From positions 1 to 11,825 of the forward strand of contig NW_003314594.1 in NCBI RefSeq assembly GCF_000143415.4: a stretch of 11,825 nucleotides of DNA. Reading direction: 5' to 3'. Source of the DNA: Selaginella moellendorffii. Its lineage: Eukaryota; Plantae; Lycopodiophyta. Shown here one piece after another: positions 1 to 7,578 of the stretch. The position numbers and the translations under genes were made by a program. The notes beneath the pieces were generated by a model that was not told the DNA's origin, did not search any database, and saw nothing but the letters and a program-made list of their open reading frames with translations. Positions within the stretch are counted from its first letter, which is position 1; every line of letters starts with the position of its first letter.

Positions 1-5
<5 letters not shown>

Positions 6-36
<31 letters not shown>
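6..36. repeat. (CT)15 microsatellite
   Basis: Perfect CT dinucleotide run read directly from the sequence. Confidence 0.97.
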
Positions 37-40
<4 letters not shown>

Positions 41-447
41 ATCCTGTGAAGAGCTTCATATGGATAACAACATTTTTGTAAATAGTATCATATAGGCACT
101 AAACAACAGACATAAAGGAACTCAGAAGCAATCAGTCTTCTAAGCATCTTATCCTCCGGCATCAAATGTTGGATCAGTGATGTCCTTTTTGAAGTCTCGC
201 TTGTTGTTTGAGGTGGGCACGTGCTCCTATTGGTGTTCATGGGGTGTTGCAAAGCTGTGGGCTCTCAATGCAAAGGGGATTTCCTTGGCAAAAGAGCTTG
301 AAAATTTGGTGTGCTGTTTTTCTTGTTCTACCATTTTGTTTTACATGAGACATGTAGGAAATCCTGAGCTCAAAAGTTCACTAAGATTCATTTGCATAAA
401 CTACACTTTGGCAGAAAAATTATAACATTTATTACAAAATACAATAA

Positions 448-1035
448 TCAGTTAAAAACAACCCATTCATCATCGAATGGATCTAGGACGTACAATTTGC
501 CTTGCTTCTCCACACATTGTCCAATATTCCAGCGATGGATAACTTTGGTAAAATCCACACACTTTGACAGCGCAAGAAGGAACGGGGTTACATCTGCCAA
601 GAAGTGGTCATCCTTTGACCCCTCAAACTTTGGAGCCACCACCACGCTCTCTTGATGACCTTGGTAGAAGTCAATAATGTCATCCAGTGCCACCACCCGC
701 TTGAAATCCCGAAACCCTACATGGTCAAGATTCTTGACTTTCGTCCCGTCCTTTAGAACAACGCAATTGCCACCATGTAGCCTCCTCGACACAAGCCCCC
801 CAGTAGGATCCAGATGGTCAACCACAAGGTTGACATACTTCTCCTGGGCGGCACTAAACACCACGATATCGTACACTTTTGAAACCTTCCCCAGAAATTC
901 ATCTACGCCTGGTCTCTTCATGATGTGGAGTGGTGCATCATCGTCGAATTCCATGCTGAAACTCACAGAAGAGACGAGATCCTTATGAGCGTATACCAGT
1001 GTATTGTCTAGATCGAGAATGAGTGTCTTCTTCAT
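448..1035 (-). CDS. FCP1/SCP-like (NIF domain) HAD-family small CTD phosphatase, 195 aa, intronless, catalytic domain only
   Basis: The ORF has the ordered family motifs KKTLILDLDNTLV (DxDxT motif I), KRPGVDEFL, YDIVVFSA (motif II), LDP, SRRL..NC, VKNL (motif III Lys), RDFKRVVALDD (motif IV) and F.G..DD..L..VTPFL. It starts at ATG with no stops or frameshifts. Confidence 0.92.
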   Translation of the reverse strand: MKKTLILDLDNTLVYAHKDLVSSVSFSMEFDDDAPLHIMKRPGVDEFLGKVSKVYDIVVFSAAQEKYVNLVVDHLDPTGGLVSRRLHGGNCVVLKDGTKVKNLDHVGFRDFKRVVALDDIIDFYQGHQESVVVAPKFEGSKDDHFLADVTPFLLALSKCVDFTKVIHRWNIGQCVEKQGKLYVLDPFDDEWVVFN

Positions 1036-1461
1036 GATACCCTAAAAAATGACTCGTATTCCGTGGAAATGTAGAAGGGCCACAAAAGGTGACCAAAGGT
1101 GCCACGTCTGCCCTAAACTCTATCCGACGTGGCCTTTTTGTATTCTTGTACCCTACTATTGGCAAAGCCCAAGGGAGCCGGAGGAGCGCGTCGATCCTCA
1201 ATGCAGCTTAGATTCCAAATCTAGGGCTGCCGTGATCGTCTGGCAAGGGCAGAGGTGAGTGCGCTGCTGGTTTGCGGCCTACTGTTGGCGAGGCGGAAGG
1301 AGGTGAGCATGCAATTGTAGCAAGTTTGTTGTGAATCCATTGACGGACAGCTGATGTGCGCATTCTAGGCTCCAGCCGTTGGATAAGTGCAGTAACGACT
1401 CCTCAATCTCTTTTGTGCTTTCAGCAACGACTCACAATGTTAACACTGACCAGAGTCCACC
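1036..1461. promoter_or_regulatory. Putative bidirectional promoter and kinase 5'UTR; inverted ABRE/G-box-like pair GCCACGTC (1101-1108) and GACGTGGC (1126-1133)
   Basis: This 426-bp interval separates the divergent ATGs. The two 8-mers are exact reverse complements containing the ACGTGGC ABRE core. Strong donors at 1255 (AG|GTGAGT) and 1303 (AG|GTGAGC) and a polypyrimidine acceptor ending at 1424 suggest 5'UTR intron(s). The kinase ATG lies in CCACCATGG context. Confidence 0.55.
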
Positions 1462-2877
1462 ATGGAGAGGAAGAGAGCTGCTGGTCCGAAGAAACTACAC
1501 ACTCAGAAGCGATCCGACGTCATGCTCGAAAGGACCCGCCCACTGGATCCGATTAACCGAGCTCGATCAGGTTGGTCAAAACTTGAAACATCTGCACTTG
1601 TCTGACGAAGATCCTCGTTGAAGCAGGAGCAGGAGAAACTGATCATGATGCATCCGCGTTGCAGGCTGCTCCTGACGCTGGTACGAAGAATTCCTTTTGT
1701 TGGCTGACACGACTCTTTGCTGGTTTGATTCATGACTTGCAGAATATGTTCGGCAATTCCTCGCAATGGCGCAACGCTTGGAGAGATTCAAGATGCTCTC
1801 GGCGAATGTTGTGACCGGGATCGTGGAATCGATCCAAAAGGGAGGGGAGACTCTAGTTGCAGCAGCAGGTGGATACAATAATTTCTCTCTTTGGCATCTT
1901 TTCGCTTCTGAGTGGCCCCTTGTCTCTCTTGTCCAGGCCGCTTCTGCAGCAGCTACGAAGTGCTCGCTTGTGTTGGCCAGGGGGCGTCCGGGAAAGTATA
2001 CAAGTGCCGTAGCAAGGAGGACGAACAAATCTACGCCATCAAAGTCATCAAGGTTCGCACAGCAACGAAGTCCAGAGACCAGGATGTCGCGCTCGTCTTC
2101 AAGGAGGGAGAGATGCTCCAGCGCTGCGAACACCCCAACATAGTCAAATACTTCGACATGTGGAAGGAGGAAGGCGAGCCGGGCAAGTCGAAAGTGTACA
2201 TTGTCATGGAGTTTTGTGGCCGCTCGCTCCAGTCGGTGCTCCTCGGCGGTGAGTCACCACCTGCAGATGCGTTTAGGCAGCTTCTTCAAGCTGTGGCGCA
2301 TGTGCACGACAACGTGGGTGTTCATCGGGATATAGCACCACACAACATCTTCGTCACAGACGATGGACGCATCAAGCTGGGAGATTTCGGTCTTGGTAGG
2401 CAAATGAAACATCTCTTCCATCTCTCATTTGTTGGCTTACAGCTAAAAATAAGGAGTCCATGCTCGAGACCGAAAATATCAAGAAGGGGAGAGCAGTTTA
2501 CTACTCTCCCCAGCGCCGGAGCAACTCAACCTACACTGACATGCTTGCGCTTGGAGTTATACTCTTCGAACTTCATTGGAGGTGTCCCCCGGACCAGGTT
2601 TGGCTGCAGTTTGTGCAACGTGCTTGCTTAGTTTGGTGAATCTGTGTAGGAAAGGGAGTCGGTATTGATTGACGTCCGGGATGGCGTTTTACCAGCAGAC
2701 TGGGCGTACCAACACCCATCAATTGCGCCCAAGGTGTTGGAGCTGGTCGCAGCAAGACGCGACCAGCGTCCATCCGCGCGCGACATCCTCTGCGATCCTG
2801 CCTGGCAATCTGTTTGGTGAGTTTCTTTCATTACTCTGATTCTCTGCTTGGCTTCTAACATGTCTGTTTGCAGCTGA
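1462..2877 (+). CDS. Spliced Ser/Thr protein kinase, GCN2/eIF2-alpha-kinase (PEK)-like, ~357 aa; exons 1462-1570, 1627-1680, 1743-1868, 1937-2395, 2443-2597, 2650-2816, 2874-2877 (or exon 6 read through to TGA at 2818-2820)
   Basis: Manual splicing at GT-AG introns of 56, 62, 68, 47, 52 and 57 bp gives one open frame. It contains GQGASGKV, YAIK, alphaC Glu (KEGEML), HPNIVKYFDMWKE, VYIVMEFC, FRQLL, HRDIAPHNIF, GDFGLAK, YYSPQ, DMLALGVILFEL, ERESVL, LPADW and QRPSARDIL. The C-lobe appears only after splicing, which supports the model. N-terminal exons 1-2 are less certain than exons 4-6. Confidence 0.88.
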
Positions 2878-3187
2878 TCGTTGTAGTTGTTTAGATTTAC
2901 TTGCTCCTTTTTGTCATCTTTGTAGTCTTGGTCTTTTTCAGCATGCTGATTTCGATTCAGAAATATGAATTCGTTGCCAGTTCATTGCATTTCTGCCAGG
3001 CCGAGTTGTTCTCGATCAAGGTTGCTGAACAACTCAAGGGCTTCCGACATTCTTGTAGTCAGGTTCGGTTCAAGGAACAGGATTGGTAAACAGCACATTG
3101 ACGGGAGATGCAACAGCGTGGTGTCCACGGCTGGCTTCTTGTAGGGTCCATGCATCTCACCTCAAGTGGGCAGAGATCGAGTGGAAG

Positions 3188-3438
3188 CTGGAGAGCTATC
3201 CCAATTCTCGGGAGATGCGATGAAGAAAATGGCGGGATTGTTGATTTTTGTAGAGAGAATATTCGCACCTTTGACCTGTTGACCTTTTTACAGGGAAACG
3301 TTTTCCTACAGGCCTTTCTGAATTGAATCCAAGGAACCTGGAAGTCAAAACAAGAGAGTAGCTTCAGAACACTCAAAAGCTCACCCCTGCAAGTTCTGTT
3401 GTGGTACAGGGTGAATGAGTTCCCCTTTTTTGACGAGT
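3188..3438 (-). other. Possible small spliced exons (3438-3385, 3337-3269, and one beginning at 3187) of an unidentified gene converging on the kinase
   Basis: Consensus splice sites on the minus strand (TTTTGCAG|, |GTGAGC, TTCCAG|, AAG|GTGCGA, CTCCAG|) define introns of 47 and 81 bp. One spliced frame reads LVKKGELIHPVPQQNLQGFLGFNSERPVGKRFPVKRSTGQS. No family was recognised. Confidence 0.3.
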
Positions 3439-3469
3439 CTGCAAAATTATAGAAAGGATGAGTCAAATG

Positions 3470-3480
3470 GAGAGAGAGAG

Positions 3481-3512
<32 letters not shown>
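3470..3512. repeat. Compound microsatellite (GA)6 + (AT)15
   Basis: Read directly from the sequence. Confidence 0.95.
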
Positions 3513-3515
<3 letters not shown>

Positions 3516-3910
3516 TTGATCCAGGTTTCTTGTTTTTTTCATACCTTGAGGAACCAATCGTTCAATTCTACTGATTTCTTTGCATACTTGAATGCAAAGA
3601 ATAACAAATAATGAAGCTAGGTGCTTGGTTAGATTGAGGCAAGTTTTCAAATAGCTAGAACAATCTTTAGCTCTTTTAAGTTGTTTAGTGTTTAACCATC
3701 ATGACATCAATCTTAAAACATGTCCAGAAGTTGGATTTTGTGCCCTCTAGATTAATGATGTTAATTTTAGACTCTTTGTCAGTGTTAATCCTTGTAATTT
3801 ATAGGATAATATAGAGTTTCTCATATATTGTTTTTCAAATTTTACTTGATACTCTTCCAGTTCTAGATATGAGGCAAAATAAAGAACTTCATAGTTTTTA
3901 TATGAAAACT

Positions 3911-6191
3911 TTAAAGTTGCAAATCATTATGACCGCCATATTCAGTCTCCTCGCCATTGGCACCAACAGTGTTGACATTCTCATGGCCATCATCTTTGTC
4001 ATTCGGCATGTCTTCATTGTTGCCTCTTGTAGCTTCTTGGTGGGTTGGTGTATAATTTGGCATCTCTAATTCCCAAGGACAAGCTTGCTTTATTGCCGCT
4101 GGAAACTTCATTGTTGTCGGGTACATGCCTCCATCTCTCACACCATGCTTTAGGAGTCGTGTGCATACCGGTGTTTCGAGAGAAATACCTCTATATTAGA
4201 GATACCTATAATAGAATATAAACAAATTGAGTATAGTTGAGAAATTGTATGTTACTTAAAAGCCGCTCGACGCATGAAGTAAAGTTGGCCAAGTTGTTTA
4301 TCAAATGGAGTCGTGCTTGTGGCCTTCTTTGGCAGCCAGTCCTCTCCAAGTTTTATAAGCTTAGTGGTGATGAAGTCCTTGAATGGAAATTGCTCAAGAT
4401 CATCCCCTATAAAAGGTGCTAGACACATCTCCCCTTCATATACAGTTAGTGAAATGTAGACGGTCCTCCTCATCACAGTCTCCATTATACTGTCCAAACC
4501 TTTTTCTCCTTCCCTGAGTCTGTTATTAAGGTTGTTGAGAATGTGTATCTATTCCTCATATGTAAGCTTTGACTTTGAGATGTTGTAAATAATCTCATCT
4601 GGAGTCTTGCCCACTAAGAAATAACTTTTGTGAGTAACCTTCATGTAAACGCAAACAATACTTACTTTCATGACAAGAAATTTCTATTATAATATCAAAC
4701 CACTCCTTTGGGCGTCGAGGGTCAGCCACACTAAGTAATTTCTTTACCTTTGTCTTCGATGCGACTATGCATATGCATCTTGCTTAACCTTCACCAATGG
4801 CTGAAGATAACACAAACATTCTATGATAAGAAGTATACTTGGAAGAACATACCTTACTCCACATAGCTGTTATAAAAGCCATTGGATTCTTGTACCATCT
4901 ATTAGCATCTTGACGACCTCGATGATGCCGAATAAGTGATGCTAAATCATCACCATAGTGGCTGCAGACTGCATCCTCGTCGAGATTGGCAAGAAACCGG
5001 ATTTGCTCAATATCATGTACTAGGCTTCGTTTCTGCACTGCAAACTATCCTAACTTGCAAAACACAAATTGTTAAAAGTGATTGAAGAGGGAGTGGTACC
5101 TATGCATTAATTTTGTGGCAAGCTATCACAAGCCTTGCCACATCTAGAGATCCTCTCGTATGTACATGTCCAACCGAAACATTGATGTGATAGACAGGAT
5201 TGTCTCGGAAGCATTCATTGATGCACTTTATCTACGCACACTAGCGATGATTCCCGTCGATAATGTAGAACATTTTCCCCACAAATTGTTGAGTCTCAAG
5301 ATGGCTCATAAGCATGTTGTCAAATTTGCGGGACTTCATTTTCCAAATGTCATCCCAAACCCTCTCGATTTCTGGTGACACCGAGAGGGTATTTGTCGTT
5401 CTTGGCTTGAAGACCGAAACAAGGAACATACCTATGTTTGTCCCAAGGCCATTATGTTTGTACAGACTATAGATGTTCATGTTGATGAAGTGTGGTGAAG
5501 CAGACCGAATGATGCTTGTCTGAGTGAATCGACATAGTGGGATTTCTCGGATTATGTCTCCCGGGCCTTCCCACTTGAGAAACTCTAGAGTCGTGTGAAT
5601 GGCCTTTTCTTTGGTTCTCAAAACTGTCTCTTGGAAGCGCTTGTCTACAATGTGTTTAAGTAACTCCACTTCTCTTTCAGCTTCAGCTACACCTCCAGTA
5701 GCACCATTATCAGATCTAGCCCTCAACTTGAGCCTAACACCCCCGTCAGGCGCACTTGGGCACTACTTTGTAATGTAGTTAGTTTCTGCCATATTTTGTG
5801 AATATGTTAAGAGTAGTGGCATTTGTGGTTGTGACTGCAATGGTAGTGACGACAATCGCGCTGCTGGTGGTGATGATGGTGGCGGTAGTGGTGGTAATAA
5901 TGGCGATGATGGCATTGGTGGTAATGGTGGTGATGACGGTGGTGGTAATGGTGGTGATGAAGGTAGAGGTGGCAATGGTGGTGGCAGTGGTAATGGTGGT
6001 GGTGGCATCGATGGTGGTGGTGGCAAAAATGGGGGTGCATGTGGACTAGAGCTATCTGGTTGTGAAGACGGCAGAGTTGTCGCTGTGGAAATCTCTATCT
6101 GAAGGTCAACTTGATTGTCGTCTTGGATCTCATCTTCCTCATGTCTTCTCTTTGATCCAACATCCTTCTCCTTTTGTAGTTGCTTTCGTTT
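3911..6191 (-). pseudogene. Multi-exon pseudogene with a basic/acidic N-terminus, Pro-rich tract and ParB/Sulfiredoxin-like domain (GKMFYIIDGNHR); probably transposon-borne
   Basis: ORFs 5763-6344 and 5241-5726 share a frame and are split by a single TAG (5763-5765). The frame continues past DGNHR through TAGs at 5241-5243 and 5232-5234 (DGNHR*CA*IKCINECF...KINA). Further coding-like segments at 4784-5038, 4252-4600 (TAG at 4549-4551) and 3911-4141 are separated by short GT-AG intron-like spacers such as 4852-4801. An acceptor lies at 6193-6192. YIIDGxHR matches the ParB/Srx catalytic signature. Confidence 0.65.
5850..6040 (-). repeat. Degenerate (CCA)n trinucleotide tract encoding poly-proline (PPLPPPSS-like units)
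   Basis: GGT/TGG-rich on the plus strand. It is in frame with the DGNHR pseudogene and explains the spurious poly-Val and poly-His ORFs. Confidence 0.9.
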
Positions 6192-6232
6192 CTGAAAATA
6201 ATATAAATTAAAAATGCATAAGAAGCGAGGAC

Positions 6233-6688
6233 TTTGGGGCGTGGACTTGGCGTAGGAGCTGGTTCGCTGGCGAACTAGCCCTCCTCCCAATGCCAAGTCC
6301 AAGTGCCCTGGCTGGGCATTTGGCGCGGGTCGATTCGCTGGCAAACCGGCCCTCCTCCCAGCACCAAGTCCAACTGCCTAGGTCGGGCACTTGACGTGGG
6401 CCGGCCAAGGTGCTTGGGGGAGGGCCGGTTCGCCAGCGAACTGGCCCGCCCCCAAGCGCCTTGGCCGGCCTGCCCCCAAGTGCCTTTGCCGGCCCCGCGC
6501 AGAGTGCCTGGCCTGGGCACTTGGCACAGGCACTTGGCACGGGTGCCGATTCGCTGGTGTACCGATGGCCTGCCCGGGCGGAGTGCCGGGCCAAATGCCC
6601 GGCCTGGGCACTTGGCAGCGGTGGTGCTGGGCAGCGGTGGCCCTGGGCAGTGGCAGCCCTGGGCAGTGGCGGCGCTGGGCATGGCATG
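6233..6688. repeat. GC-rich complex repeat array with direct and inverted units, running into an assembly gap
   Basis: A ~45-bp unit TTCGCTGGC.AAC..GCCCTCCTCCCA...CCAAGTCCAA.TGCC occurs at 6263-6307 and 6334-6378, with an inverted copy at ~6411-6441. There are repeated GGCACTTGGCA motifs and ~16-bp CTGGGCAGYGGYRGCC-like tandem units from ~6610 to the gap. Confidence 0.85.
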
Positions 6689-7257
6689 NNNNNNNNNNNN
6701 NNNNNNNNNNNNNNNNNNNNNNNNNNNNNNNNNNNNNNNNNNNNNNNNNNNNNNNNNNNNNNNNNNNNNNNNNNNNNNNNNNNNNNNNNNNNNNNNNNNN
6801 NNNNNNNNNNNNNNNNNNNNNNNNNNNNNNNNNNNNNNNNNNNNNNNNNNNNNNNNNNNNNNNNNNNNNNNNNNNNNNNNNNNNNNNNNNNNNNNNNNNN
6901 NNNNNNNNNNNNNNNNNNNNNNNNNNNNNNNNNNNNNNNNNNNNNNNNNNNNNNNNNNNNNNNNNNNNNNNNNNNNNNNNNNNNNNNNNNNNNNNNNNNN
7001 NNNNNNNNNNNNNNNNNNNNNNNNNNNNNNNNNNNNNNNNNNNNNNNNNNNNNNNNNNNNNNNNNNNNNNNNNNNNNNNNNNNNNNNNNNNNNNNNNNNN
7101 NNNNNNNNNNNNNNNNNNNNNNNNNNNNNNNNNNNNNNNNNNNNNNNNNNNNNNNNNNNNNNNNNNNNNNNNNNNNNNNNNNNNNNNNNNNNNNNNNNNN
7201 NNNNNNNNNNNNNNNNNNNNNNNNNNNNNNNNNNNNNNNNNNNNNNNNNNNNNNNNN
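6689..7257. other. Assembly gap
   Basis: N run. Confidence 1.
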
Positions 7258-7270
7258 AGTTAGTTGATGG

Positions 7271-7541
7271 TAGATCCTAGAATAAAATCATTCATATCTT
7301 TCATATTATGGCATATGCTTGAGGTGATATTTCTTTCCGTTCTACCAAAAGTTAGTCCATATAATAAATTTGAGCATGTTTTTGAATTCAATGTATACAG
7401 ACTTTTAATATTGTACAACATAGTCCTATATACTTCATATAGAATTTATTATAACAACATTATTCAATGTTAGATCCTAGAATAAAATCGCCCTTTCTTT
7501 TCACATAATGGCATAGCACATGTTTGAGGTGACATTTCTTT
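7271..7541. repeat. Imperfect ~66-71-bp direct repeat with 200-bp period (7271-7336 and 7471-7541)
   Basis: TAGATCCTAGAATAAAATC is identical at 7271 and 7471, followed by similar ...ATGGCATA...TTGAGGTGAYATTTCTTT in both copies. Confidence 0.85.
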
Positions 7542-7578
7542 ATAAAAGTTTAAAGTTCCAAAACTTAAAGGCAACAAA

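Noticed and set aside
140-425. ORF 177-425 (+) and a stop-interrupted minus-strand frame (MVEQEKQHTKF...)
   Set aside because: No recognisable domain; at most a small degraded fragment that I cannot support.
392-2133. Overlapping ORFs 392-655, 677-988, 983-1201, 1049-1258, 1356-1556, 1379-1621, 1503-1766, 1576-2133
   Set aside because: They are shadow or antisense frames of the phosphatase, promoter and kinase exons, with no recognisable motifs.
1912-2631. ORF-track kinase of 239 aa apparently truncated after DFG
   Set aside because: This is an artefact of unspliced translation. It starts inside an intron, and splicing 2396-2442 and 2598-2649 restores subdomains VIII-XI.
5798-6049. Poly-Val and poly-His ORFs
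   Set aside because: They are alternative frames of the (CCA)n tract; the Pro frame is the one continuous with the DGNHR gene.
6260-6450. CRISPR-like look of palindromic repeats with spacers
   Set aside because: There are only 2-3 degenerate units in mixed orientation, the context is eukaryotic, and there are no cas genes.
6208-7280. Several long Pro/Gly/Ala-rich ORFs
   Set aside because: GC-rich repeats lack stops, and the plus-strand ORFs are extended artificially through Ns.
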